Below, piece after piece: positions 38,354 through 51,669 of a stretch of DNA of 64,000 nt. A model generated the notes under the pieces. The model was not told the origin of the DNA and searched no databases. It saw only the letters and a program-made list of their open reading frames with translations. The translations under genes were made by a program, and so were the position numbers. Positions within the stretch are counted from its first letter, which is position 1. Each line of letters opens with the position of its first letter. Origin of the DNA: Octopus vulgaris (taxonomy: Eukaryota); the NCBI GenBank assembly GCA_951406725.2, contig OX597818.1, positions 17,484,001 through 17,548,000 on the forward strand, given 5' to 3'.

Positions 38354-41301
38354 AGTAACATGGCTTGCTAGCTGTCGATGCTTATTCACCTAAGTTGGTA
38401 ATATAACATCACCTTATCCTGCTGCTACTGTGTAAATCTCTCTGAGAGATTTAGAAATGCAATATTTCTATTTTCGAAATCAGTGAATGTATTTCACTTG
38501 AAATATATTATATTATGTTCTCAAAGGCAAATAGGCACCGACAGCTAGCAAGCCTTTTTGTTGCTTTTTGAAGAATTCGAAGTGAGATTTTTTTGTGTGA
38601 AGCCACCATTGTTAGGTGGAAGTGAATAATGGAAAAAAATGAAGAGTTATGCGGAAGCTACTGGACCCACATGTGCTGAAGCCAAAGAGGATGGAGTGGA
38701 ATGAAGAGAAGATAGCAAAATATTATGGTATGATAAAAAAAGAAGGGTCAAACATAAAAATGACCCTGCTTGAAGAGGAAAAAAGAAAAATGGAAAGCAG
38801 GACGGTGATGAGTGTATCAACTGCTCTGTGTAAACCAAATATGGCTGGACTTATCTAATTAAACAAAGACTTACAGGATAAATAGCCATCATACCAACAG
38901 AAAGGTATGTATGCATGCACTACATGCCAAAGAATATCAAAATCATCATCATTGTTTACTGTCCATCTTCTATGCATGCATTGGTAGGATGGTTCACAGG
39001 AGCTAGCCAGGTAGAAAAACTACCCTATGCTATACTGTTTTGGCAGGGTTTTACAACTGGAGGCCCTTCCTAACACCAACCACTCTGCAGAGTGGACTCA
39101 GTGCTTTTTATGTGGCACTAGCACAGATAAGGTTAGTTTTGGCATGATTTTTACAGCTGGATGCCCTTCCAAAATAGCTTCTTCTGGACCTGTGCTAGAT
39201 ACATCACATCTCACCTAGAAGAGCTATACCTTCACCATCCAGGAACAAGGGATAGCTACTAAATATCTGATTATCAAGAAAGATAAGGGTACCTTTAAAA
39301 ACCCACATTGTGATAGAAAGTGTCAATTGTGTCATATCAGTGTGGATGGTATCACTTGGCATCTGTCCAACTGCCTACGATACTATATACAGGTCATACC
39401 AAAGCACACCAGAGCCAGAGAGTATGATAATCATCATCATCATAATTATCATCATTGTTTAAAGTCCACTTTCCATGCTGGCATGGGTTGGATGGTTTGA
39501 CAGGAGCTGGCAAGGCAGGAGCCTGCACCAGACTTCTGTGTCTGTTTTGACATGGTTTTTACACCTGGATGCCTTCTAACACTAACCACTCACTCAGGTA
39601 AGATCAGTTTTGGCATGGTTTTTACAGTTGGATCCCCTTCCAAATGCCAACCACTTTACAGTGTGGACTGGGTGCTTTTTAAGTGGCACCTGCACTGGCA
39701 GGGTAACCAATTTGCAAAACAAGGAATCTTTGAGAGGAGAAGGAGAATTGGAGGAGGTGATCTTGTGTCAGATGAGGAAAGGTTACAGCGTGACAGCAAG
39801 ACAGAAAAAGATGTCTTGATGTAGGGGAGGTGCATGGTTACATACATCTACACCTTTAAAAATAAAGAATTCTGGTGAAACCTTTCAATAAAAACTGCAT
39901 CCCAGTATAAACACAACAGGCTAGATAAGATTGTATAGGACAAAGAGCAAAAGGCATATATCATTGTAGAGATAATCTGCTTGCTAGGTGCGAATATCTT
40001 ATCAAAAATTGGGAAAAGGAGATCGTGAAATGACAGAGGACCTAGATATATGTGGCACATTGCTGTACTCAAGAAGAGTACAGTGTGCTGGTGCCACATA
40101 AAAAGCACTGGTGCTGTTGCCATGTAAAAAAGCACTAGTGCTGGTGTCACATAAAATGCACTGGTGTTGGTGGCATGTAAAAACACACTAGTGCTGGTGC
40201 CGTGTGAAGTGCACTGGTGCAGATGCCACATAAAATGCACTGGTTCTGGTGCTATGTAAAAAGCACCCAGTATACTCTGTAAAGTGGTTAGTGTTAGGAA
40301 GGGCATCCACCCATAAAAAACCAAACCAAAACAGACTATGGAATCTGGCGCAGCTTCTGCTGTGCCAGTTCCTGTCAAGCCATTCAACCTATATCAGCAT
40401 GGAAAACAGATGTTAAATGTTGATGATGGGGATGGAAACATCTATAGAGAACTAATGAGAAGCTGAAAGGTATTATAACCAGGTTAAAGATTTACCTTTG
40501 TTCCTATTATCATAGGTACACTGGGATATGTAAAAGATTTGCATAAAAAATTAGAAACACTGTGGTTCTCCAAATATAAAAACCCCATGAATTTATTTGC
40601 ATCCTTTAAATACAATCAGTTGGTGACACAGTGAGAATTTGTAAAACATTCCAGGGATTCTCCATTTGAGGTACCCAAGATGAACACATATAGACACTCA
40701 CATGTACATGTACATATGAAATACATACACACAAACACACACAAACAAATCAACCCCAGAACTTACTTTTTTTAAAGCCCAGTACTTCTATCGATCTCTT
40801 TGCCAAACTGCTAAGTTACATGGACATAAACACTCCAACACTAGTTGTCAAGCAGTGGTTGAGGGGACAAACACAGGCACAAAGACACTCCTACACACAC
40901 ACTCTCTCTCTCTCTCACACACACATGCACACATGCAAACACACACACACACACACACAATGGGCTTCTTTCAGTTTCTGTCTACCAAATCCACTCACAA
41001 GGCTGTGGTCAGCCTGAGGCTAAAGTAGAAGACACTTGCCCAAGGTGCCACACTGTGGGACTGAACCTGGAACCATATGGTTGGGAAGCAAACTTCTTAC
41101 CACACAGCCATGCCTGCCCCTATAATGTATATGTGTCTTTTTTTGAGCTTCATTTAAAACTCATTTCTTGATTAGATAGAGGCTCTATTAGTGAGAAATT
41201 CTAGAATATAAAACAAAAAAAAAAGGAACACACACACACACACTTACTCACACACACTTACACATGCATTAATAGATACATAACATATATGCAAATCTTA
41301 C

Positions 41302-41481
41302 CTGTGCCTGCCAATCACCAACAGTGAGGAAGTTTTTGGTGAAAAAAGGGTTTCGTTGAACAGCATAAACTGGACCTGAATGCGCCTTGTAGATAGTGAC
41401 AAGTTTTTCAGCATCTGATTTGGCTTTCCTGTTGCACAAAATAATAGTTCCATGTTCGGTGCCAACCATAAATTTAGTAGG
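41302..41481 (-). CDS. DNAI2: DNAI2 exon (WD40)
   Basis: gtag|CCTACT...GCACAG|gtaaga. Translates [60 protein letters not shown]. 180 nt. Confidence 0.96.
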
Positions 41482-42652
41482 CTACAGTTTAGGAGAGAAG
41501 ACAATACAAAAACAAGGAATAACATTTGTTAGTTCATCACCAACATAATTAAAGATCTGTTAATATCGATTTTAAATTTTGCCACAAGGCCACCAATTTC
41601 AGGAGAGGGGATAAACTCCAGTGCTCAAATGGTACCAATTTCTTGACCCTGGTGAATTTGAACTCAGAGAATGTGAAGACAGCTGAAATGCCGCTAAGCA
41701 TTTTGTCCAGTGTACTAACGATTCTGCCAGCTTGCTGCCTTAAGCTGTGTTAATATTGATTTAAAATTTTATCACAAGGTCACCAATTTCAGGAGAGGGA
41801 TTAAGTCAATTAAATACATTGAGCCCATTGCTCAACTCGTATTTATATTAAAGACCCCAAAATGATGAAAAGCAAAGTCAACTAAAGCAGAATTTGTACT
41901 CAGAACATGAAAATGGATGAAATACTTCTAAGCACTTTGCCTGGTGTGCTAAGAATTCTGCCTTAACCTGTGTTAATATCCATTTCAAATTTTGGCATAA
42001 GGACAGTAAGTTTGGGAAAGGGAGTGAGTCAATAGCAGTGACCCCATTGCTCAAACAGTACTTGTATTACTGACCCCAAAAGGATGAAAGGCAAAGTCGA
42101 CCTCAGCAGAATTTGAACTCAGAACATAAAGACAGACAAAATGCCACTAAGCATTTTGCCTCGTGTGCTAACGTTTCTGCCAGCTCACCACCTTAGACTG
42201 TGTTAATATTAATAGTTGTGAAGTCAGAAAGCTGGCAGAATCATTAGCATGTCAGGCAAAATGCTTAGTAACTTCGTGTCTGTCTTTACATTCTGAGTTC
42301 AACTTCTGCCAAGGTTGACTTTGCATTTCATCCTTTCAGATCCATAAAACAAGTGCCAATTTAGCACTAGGGTCAATGTAATCAGCTTACCTTTCCTCCA
42401 AAACTACTGGCCTTGTGCCAAAATTTGAAATCTATATTATTAATAGATGTTATTTTACCTTAGAAGAGTCATTTTTCCCCCATAAAATCACATGCACTGG
42501 TTATGTTTCATTTCTTTTATTATTAATCAACTAAGGCAGTGAACTGGCAGAATCGTTAGCATGCCGGGCAAAATGCTTAGCAGAATTTCATCCATCCTTA
42601 TATTCTGAGTTCAAATTCCACCAAGGTCGACTTTGCCTTTCATCCTTTTGGG

Positions 42653-43140
42653 GCAGCGAGTCATGGCCGATGAGGGTGGAAGATATTAAGCGACTAGAAT
42701 CCTTCGATCTACACTGCATCCTTCGTGTCCAATGGCATCACTTTGTTTCCAACAATTCAGTGCGACACCAGTGCAAAATCACCTCCCTCCAACAAGTCAT
42801 CCTAACAAGACGTCTGCGTTGGCTGGGTCATGCCCGCCGACATCAACCAGGAGAATTCATCTACAAAGCAATTGTCCCAGCTCCCCTTTAGGGTTGGTGA
42901 AAGCGATGTGGTGGATAACGAAAAACCTGGCTGATGACAGTCAAGGCTGATCTGGAACCCAACCTAGGCCCCCATGTCTACGGTGTTCACCGCTGGAATA
43001 AAGAGTGGTTGGAGATCACATGGTCGTTAGTCTCAAATTGCCAGGCCTGGTCGACATTTGTGAGAGATGCAGCATTGAGGATGAATGAAGCCAGTTCAAT
43101 CCACCCCATGTGAATGCTGTCTCAAGATAAGAAGAAGAAG
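42653..43140 (+). mobile_element. 5'-truncated RTE-clade LINE inserted into a Nin/Deu-like SINE
   Basis: GSESWPMRVEDIKRLESFDLHCILRVQWHHFVSN...RRLRWLGHARR with an (AAG)n tail. The SINE core is split as CATCCTTTTGGG | GTCAATAAATTAAGT. Confidence 0.85.
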
Positions 43141-45118
43141 GTCAATAAATTAAGTGCCAGTGAAACACTGGGGCCAATGTAATTGATGACTAGTCCTCTC
43201 CCCCAAAATTTCATGCCTTGCGCCTTTAGTAGAAAGGATTATTACCAATCAACTAAGGCGGTGAGCTGGCAGAAATGTTAGTACACCAGACAAAATGCTT
43301 AGCAGCACATCGTCCATTTTTACATTCTAAGTTCAAATTCTGCCAAAGTCATCTTCGTCTTTCATCCTTTCATAATCAATAGAATAAGTAGCAGTTGAAC
43401 ACCATGTCAATGTAATTGATTTCGCCCTCCCTTCAAAAGCTGCCGGCCTTGTACCAAAATTTGAAGCCACCATTATCAGTCAACTAAAAGCAGAAGCTGA
43501 CAAAATCATTCGAACATCAGAAAAGACGTTTTCTGGTATTTTTACCAATTCTTTACATTCTGAGTTGAAATCCTGTCAATGCCATCTATGCTTTTCATCT
43601 TTTTGGGTTGGATAAAATAAAGTACCAGTATGGTATTGATCTTGTTGGTATTGATTAAGACCCTCCCCTCAAAATCATTGGCTTGTGCCTCAATCAGAAA
43701 CCATTATTATCATTCAACCAATTAACTAATTGATTTCAAATTTTGGCATAGAGCCAGCAATTTTGGGGGAGCGGGTAAGCAGATTACAATCGACCCCAGT
43801 GCTCAACTGGTACTTTTTTTTTTTGACCCCCAAAAGGATGAAAGGCAAAGTGAATCTTGGCAGAATTCGAGCTCAGAACATGACGACAGATGAAATGCCA
43901 CTAAGCATTTTGCCTGGCATGATAATGATTCTGCCGGCTGTTCGCCTTAACCAATTAACTAATTAACTCATCAATTATTTGCCCAAACAATCAGTTGATA
44001 TGTCAGAGTTCTTTCGCCACCATCTGCAACCATCTTAGTAGTGTGCCATCAGCAGCATCACTTTTGACATACCAAGAAATGAACTCATTGATCAATCAAT
44101 TAACTTAATAGATATAGTATTTTATCAATTAATTTAGTAGATAAATTAATAAAAAAAGATGAGTTAATTAATTAATTACTTTAGTGACAATAGTAAAAAG
44201 TAGCAAAATATGATCAGTGCATGTGCTTTCATTGCCAAAATGACCCTCCCAAGGTACAACAACATCTGTTTCAACATGATTTCACGTCATTAATCTAGCA
44301 AAATAAATACAAAAATGATATATGAATAGATTTACTTGACTAACATTCTTTCTACTCTGTTAATATAACATTCTTATTAAAGAAATTGTCATAACAATCA
44401 ACAGAAAGAAAAAAAAACCCATTTTTTTTAGAACCTTTCACCACTACCACAATCACAACTGTCTCCACCCTGATTACCACTCCTATTATCATCATCATCA
44501 CAACATACATAAACACACACTATCATCACCATTACCACAACACTGCTACCACCACCACCACAACCCCCACCACAACCACCACCACAACCACCACCACTAC
44601 CATTATCTCCAATACCATCTCTTCTTCTAAGAGACAGTTTCTATGCAACACATGTATGATCTGCAAGAAAATGCAATTAAATCCCTGGTGGCAGCTAGCT
44701 CTAAATCAGCCCAGAATAAGCAGATCCATTATCAAAAACACTCTTGATGCAACCATCTTGTCTCCTTATTTTCCAACCCATACATCTCAGAGCATATCAT
44801 TCTACATGATATTCTTTAATTTTTAAGATGGCAGGGTTTAAAATTTAGTAATGAGCTGCACAGAGAGAATAAAGTTTTAAATTTGGCTTCTATTTTACTG
44901 ACTATCACAGTCTGCAGGGATTTTTGCCCTCACCATGATAGATCATTAGCTCCTACACGCATTTTTTTTCTCTCCTTGTTTTTTTCTGTGTACCTTTCTG
45001 TAGAAGAGCATAGGCTCAAAACGTATAAGACTTTTTCTATTCCTGAGTGCTATACTAATACATTTGTTTGTTTGTACACCACCTGCCTTTGTCTTTTGTT
45101 TATTTTCGTAAACTTTCC

Positions 45119-45157
<39 letters not shown>

Positions 45158-45394
45158 TTATTTGAGGGAATAAAATACAGCCACGTGTCGTTATTCTACA
45201 AATTATATACATTTTTATTATTATTTTTTTGTAATTTACTTAATCATTGACATTTTATTCTTATTTTTTTGCAATTTATTTAATCATTGACATTTTATTC
45301 TTATTTTAATTTTAATATTTCTATTATATGTAATTTTCTAGATGGTGTAATTTAATTGTTCATTTTGAATTGATAAAAGGTGTTTTTTTTTCTA

Positions 45395-45431
<37 letters not shown>

Positions 45432-45886
45432 GTATGACATATATTAAATATGTATTATCTATGACAAAAAGCATTGGTGTGGGTACTGGTTCTATGTAAA
45501 AGCACTGGTGATGGTGCCACTTAAAAGCACCCAGTACACTCTATGGAACTTGGTGCGGACCCTGGCCTTGACAGTTCCTGTCCAACCCATACCAGCATGG
45601 AAAATGGACGTTAAATGTTGATAATGCTGATGAAGATGATATATATATATTGTTGTTATGTTAAACTGCTGTATGTCCAAATTTGGCCAAATGTGTTTTT
45701 TTTTCAATATTTATTTTTGCAAGCAAACTATCCTATCTCCAGCTGCTTCAGATGCCAAGATATCAAAAATTGTCAAAATATAGTACAACGGTTTTGCTAT
45801 GGAATGGTAGAAATATTTTTTAATTTCTTGAAAAAGCAACATTTTGGACTTACGCCACTTTTGCATAATAGCAACGATATGTATTA

Positions 45887-47106
45887 TTGGGTCATCCCAT
45901 AAATAAAAATAATGCGATTTTTCCAATTGCATGAACTAGAGGTCGGTGGGGAATGGGATAAACTACTTGCATCAACTTGCTATTAAAAGCAGGTAGTAAT
46001 TTTACCTTGCACTTATTCTTAGTGCAAGTTTTGAAGAGTGCACTTCGATTTTCACAGTTATTTTTTGCTTTATGAGCTCAATAAAGGCAACAACACAATG
46101 GAAAGGGCAAGGAATATTAATGCAGTATATTGGGATTGGACAATAAGTATAAGCCAGTGTCAATGGTGGTTCCAGAAATTCCAAGCCAGAAACTACAGCC
46201 TAGAAGATGAGCCTTGTCCTGGAAGATCTGTAGAGCTCAATGAGTATGTCCTACAAACCCTAGTGGAAAATCCCATCATAATAGTTAAGGAACTAGCAGA
46301 GAAACTTGGATTTGGTCATTCAACCATTCATCAACACCTGCATGCCATCAGAAAGTCAACAAACTGAGTTAATGGGTCCTTCACAAACTTTCCAAGTTTA
46401 ATCACATGCAGAGAGTGAATGTCTGCTCTTCTTTGCTGTCACGTCTCATGGATGAACCTTTTTTTGGACTGAATAGTGACTGGTGACAAGAAATGGGTTC
46501 TCTATAAAAATGTCAGGTGCCAAAGACAATGGGTAGGGAAAGAAGAAACACCAGCACCCCAGAAAGTCTTCACCCACATAAGGTATTGTTATCTGGTGGG
46601 ATGTGAAAGGTTTAGTCCACTTTGAACTTTTAAACCCAAACCAAATGATAACAAAGGAGATCTACTATGAGCAGCTTGAGCAGCTTAAGTCAGCGCTTGA
46701 AGGAAAACAACCTTCTTTGGTTTCAAGATGAAAGGTGTTCTTCCATCTGAATGATGCTCTGCCACATACAGCGAGGATGACATTCCAAAAGCTGGAACAG
46801 TTTGAGTCAGAAACGATGCCCCACCCACCATATTCGCTGGATAATTCCCCATCTGATTAACATTTATTCTGCAGTCTTCAAAATCATTTGGACAGAAAAA
46901 ATATGAATTTTGTAAACAAGGTCAAAAGAATAGTGGAGGATTATTTTTCCTCATGGACATGTGAATTTTGGAAGAGGGGTCTTACAAGTCTACCAGACAG
47001 AAAATGAAGGAGAGTATATTTTAGATTGAAAAAGAACTTTGTTTATCTTAATTTTGAAAAATTAAAGAAGTATTAAAAAAACTACATTATTTATGGGATG
47101 ACCCAA
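45887..47106 (+). mobile_element. Near full-length degenerate mariner (DD34D) element
   Basis: TA|TTGGGTCATCCCATAAATAA ... TTATTTATGGGATGACCCAA|TA. Pseudo-transposase with WFQKF..LEDEPCPGRS, WVLHKL, IVTGDKKW and HPPYSLDNSPSD*. Confidence 0.93.
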
Positions 47107-47312
47107 TATATATGTAATAATTAAATTATATATTATGCACTTCATTGTACTTTGTTATGCACATGTTCCCCTGGTCTGTAGAAAAATTGTCTTGCATGGA
47201 ACCGGTCAGTGGGACAAAAATGGTCTGGGACTGCTTATTGTAAGAGGTCATGTGTACTGCATTTATGCCTAAAAATGAAAAAAAAACCCAGATAACATAA
47301 ATACTCCCGTAC

Positions 47313-47575
47313 AATAGTTGGTTCATATTCTAAACTCATAGCACCGTGGACCATTGTGGGATCTTGTTTCTTGGTTGGATCCAGCAGCAGTGTTTCAGTG
47401 GGTTCTGACATTTTCCTGTTGTCCCACCATAGAATTTTGCCATCTGATGAAGCTGAAAAGAACTCATTGCCAGTTTTTGACTGGATCCAAATAGCTTTGT
47501 GAACTGGCTCGCGGTGACTCATAGGTACAGGGGTCATCTCAACAGGAGTGGGTCCCTTCCGTGTATCCCAGTATC
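47313..47575 (-). CDS. DNAI2: DNAI2 exon (WD40)
   Basis: gcag|GATAC...ACTATT|gtacgg. Translates (G)YWDTRKGPTPVEMTPVPMSHREPVHKAIWIQSKTGNEFFSASSDGKILWWDNRKMSEPTE...GAMSLEYEPTI. 263 nt, phase 1 to 0. Confidence 0.95.
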
Positions 47576-47787
47576 CTGCAAGTATATGTGAATCAAAAAA
47601 TTAACATGAGTGACCCCAAAGTTTTGATCTTTTTGAAAGAAGTGTTACTGTTTGCTAGCAAACACACACACACACTGATGCACACACATACACATACACA
47701 GCATTAAACAGAATAGGCAGAAGAGGATAGGGAAGTGACCATGATCTTTGGGTTACCTTTAGTTTTGTGAGAATAATGTGGTGGATC

Positions 47788-47820
<33 letters not shown>

Positions 47821-48559
47821 TGTATGTATGTATGTATGTATGTATGGATGAATGGATGGATGGATGGATGTATGTATGGATGGATGCATGTACATATGTA
47901 TGTAAAGTTAATCCAAACATGAAAGCACAAAAGAACACAACACGAGGACGTGGAACAAATATAGTATTATTGGACGCTCAGGAAAGAAGGAGGGTTTAAC
48001 ATTTCGAGCGTAGCTCTTCGTCGGAAACATAGGAGAAGGAAAGATCCAGTGAAGGGAAGACAGAGGAAAAAAAATTGCCAGCAGTACACACGCAGTCACA
48101 TTATGTATGTATGTATGTATGTATGTATGTATGTATGTATGTATGTATGTATGTATGTATGTATGTATGTATGTATGTATGTATGTATGTATGTATATCA
48201 GTGGCAAAAGGTGACTTGTAAACCAGGACAAGCAGTCCATAATGCTGGTCAATCACTAAGGCAGAGAGTGGGGTAGTGGAGCCTTACTCTCCCTCCACCC
48301 CGAAAACCATTTGCCTTCTCTCCACCTGTGAATGTGATTTGAACTATTTTTAATATGAGAAAATGCACTTCTACCAACAGGCCATGCTTCAGGTTTCATA
48401 TTCCTCTCCATTGTACTAGATGTTCGCTCATTAGCAATATCCTGGCCACAGGCTTGCCATGATGATCATTTTTGGTTACAGGAGAAATCTGAGAAAATGA
48501 TAGAACCTACAAGTAATGAGCAATCTAAAATTTATTTGTAAATCAGTTTAATTCTTCAT

Positions 48560-49256
48560 TTCCTTTGGGCAAATTCATTAACCACTTTGTAATAAAATGT
48601 ATCAGCACCAAGATCTACCTTCATCTTCAAAAGTTCTTTATACATGAAAATGAAAACCAAATTACTTAATCTCTCTTCACCTTAAGAACATCTCATATAA
48701 TTATTTATTTGCTTTAATGAAGAAAGTGATTTCTCACAGGAAGCAGATGTAGCAGGTTTGGTCAGAATCAGACTTAGTAATTTTGTTACTTCTGCCAGAG
48801 ACTGGTTTAGTTCAAGCTCCCATACTATGTCTGTGATTTCTTGGATGCTTGGCACTTGCTTTGCAAAATCTGCAGCATATACTGATTTCAGTTCACATGT
48901 CAATCCATTTAAATCCAATATGTTTTTATAGACATCCAAAGATGAAAATGCTTACATTGAAATTTTTTTTCATAGGCATGAAAAACCTTCAGATTCAACA
49001 ACGTAACAAATTTCAACTCCTCCATTGCTTTAAATCTTTGCTCAATGTAAACAATAACTTCATGTGAATGATATTCATCATGCTTCTCTGGTGATTCAAT
49101 GACACTGTCCAGAATCCGGTAGCAAAATTCCTCAGATTTGGTCTCGATATTGTAGTGAGCCCTAGGATTTGAATCCTTTTCACTAAATGATCCATTCACT
49201 ATCATGACTGAGCCACAGTTGGGGTATGCAATCTTGTTGTGAATGCTATTTATCAA
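48560..49256 (-). mobile_element. hAT transposase C-terminal remnant
   Basis: KLLSLILTKPATSASCEKSLSSLKQINNYMRCS matches the hAT dimerisation motif (P.TSA..ERSFS.L..IK...R). Confidence 0.8.
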
Positions 49257-49811
49257 CCATTGATTTACAGGTCAGCTACTAGTTAGAACATCATCTCAAG
49301 TGTCCTTGAGATTCACGCCCTTTACTCTAGATAAGTAGTCTTGTGCCAGAAATCAGCCAGAGCTCTCACGGTATTTGAAGAGAACACAACTCAGCTCTGG
49401 CTAAGTAAATCAAGGACAAAGCTTCAACAAGATTCAGTGTTCTCGCATCTTCAAGATGACTAATGGATGAGCAAATGCAGTTAAGTTGATCCCGATATCC
49501 TAGTCTCTCTACCAGTGAGGATTTGATATGTCTATGTTTGTTCCCCACCACTGCTTGACAATCAGTGTTAGTGTATTTACACTAACACTGACTGTTAAGC
49601 AGTGATGGGGAACAAACATAGACATAAACACACACAAACATAGATAAAGATAGATAAGGCCAGTCTATGGGATTACCCTGGGTTTCATGTTCATAAACCC
49701 AAAGTAATTCCATAGACTAGGCTTATCTATCTTTATCTATAAACTACACTGCTCTGTAAATTGTCAGAGAAGGAGTCTAAGGTGTTCAGAAGACAGTGAT
49801 GAAAGACTTAC

Positions 49812-49925
49812 CAAGTTGTCCATTAAAACAACCACCCAATATGATATGACAGTCCTTTGGGTTATATTCAATGCACACCAAAGATGAAGGCGGGTGTAGT
49901 GACATCTCAGGCTTGTTGGTATTTT
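49812..49925 (-). CDS. DNAI2: DNAI2 exon (WD40)
   Basis: gtag|AAAAT...CTTG|gtaagt. Translates (E)[37 protein letters not shown]. 114 nt, phase 1 to 1. Not in the ORF track. Confidence 0.95.
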
Positions 49926-50177
49926 CTACATACAAGAAAAATAATGTCATTAATATCACTATGAGTTCAAGAAAATAACATCAAAAACATAATTAAGATT
50001 TAAACAACCTCTGTTAAAACTACTTGCTTTGTTTCAATTAATTTTGGAAATAATAAAGATTTTAGTGAACAACTTTGTCACATATCTGGAACAAAAATTA
50101 ACATGAAATTTATTTGTTACTTGTCCATTTTTTCTCTTGTTGTTTGTGTATTTAACTCATTTGTTTTCGTATTTCAT

Positions 50178-50987
50178 GTTAGTTAGTTAGCAAGGCCATG
50201 TAGGGGGACATGGAGTTATGTACAGGGTGGTGTTCATGTAAAGAGTTCAGGCCACTTGAGGTCAAGGGAGACTTTGAACCGAGCGGTCGTCGGCATCTTC
50301 ACCATCTCATCTGGCAGCTTATTCCACGGATCCGCAACCCGGACGGAGAAAGCCCCTCTCCTTCGATTGAGATGAAATCGTTGCAGATAGAGCTTTTCGG
50401 AATGACCCCGCAGCTGATGCTCTGGAGCAGGAGTGAAGAACAGCTCTTTCGAGAGGTTACATTTTCTGCTTATGATGTTGTGAGCAAGAATGAGATCTCC
50501 ACGGTGTCGTCATTTTTCTAGAGAATAAAGGTCGAGCGTCTTCAGCCTTTCTTCATAAGACAAATGCGGGTAGCCAGCTTCTGGACTCTTTCAAGATACA
50601 GTATGTCTTTGAGGAGATAAGGAGAAGAGGCTTGAATCCCGTACTCCAATATGGGTCTCACCAGCGTGACATAGAGCGGTAGGAATATGGCTGCTGTGAG
50701 CATTCCGAATGACCGTCGAATCAAGAACAGAATTCCGCGTGCTTTGTTGGCATCATGGACGCACTGGGCCGAAGAAGAAAAGGAGGAATCCACCAAGATA
50801 CCCAGGTCCTTTACCTGATCAGTCCTCTCCAGCAGCAGATGACCCGGCTCAAAATCAAGTTGAGTTGCAGGAGAAGAGCCAACAGGCAGATGACAGCACT
50901 TTGACACGTTCAGACACAGGTCCCATTCGTTAGACCATCTCCAAATCTGGTGGAGGCATTGACGAAGATCCTCCATATCACCGTTGG
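50178..50987 (-). mobile_element. 5'-truncated CR1/L2-group LINE
   Basis: WSNEWDLCLNVSKC...VKDLGILVD...LYVTLVRPILEYG..SPY...LERVQKLATR, then RHRGDLI...FSVRVADPWNKLP, and a (CTAA)n tail. GC/CpG-rich, so relatively young. Confidence 0.92.
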
Positions 50988-51305
50988 TGACATCCTGTAC
51001 CCATATATGTAAATGCATATATATATATATATATATATGCTTATCATTCGCCATGACAGATCGCTAGCCACTAAACATTTTTCTATTTTCTCTCCCTGTT
51101 TATTTCTGTATTCCTTTCTGTTGAAGAGTGTAGGCTTGGAATGTAAAAGACTTTCTCACTTCCTGAGCATTAAACTAATACATTTGTTTGTTGCTTACAC
51201 ACCTGTCTTCGTCTTTTGTTTTTTGTAAATTCTCACTATATATGATTATATATATATATATATTATTTATATTATTATTTGATTGAATGCCACACATCCA
51301 TTTTC

Positions 51306-51349
<44 letters not shown>

Positions 51350-51409
51350 CGTTTTGGGATTTGGTTTGCAAAATTCTTTATATGAGTTCATGTGTTGAAG
51401 CATATTCTG

Positions 51410-51669
51410 TTGTGTCTGGGAAGAGTAATTTTCTTTTTGTGCCTTATAATTTAACACACTCACCGGTAAAATTTCCACTTATTTCTTATTTTTATTTTCC
51501 TAAAATTTTCGTTGCATCTTGCAACCTTTTCAATAGTCAAGACCAATGAAAAGGTTGCAAGACGCAATGAAAATTTTGGGAAAATAGAAATAAGAAATAA
51601 GTGCAAATTTTTCCGGTGAGTGTGTTAAATTATAAGGCACAAAAAGAAAATGACTCTCCCCAGACACAA
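51410..51669. repeat. Long palindrome, ~129-bp arms, 2-nt loop
   Basis: TTGTGTCTGGG...CAATAGTC aa GACCAATG...CCCAGACACAA. Confidence 0.95.
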
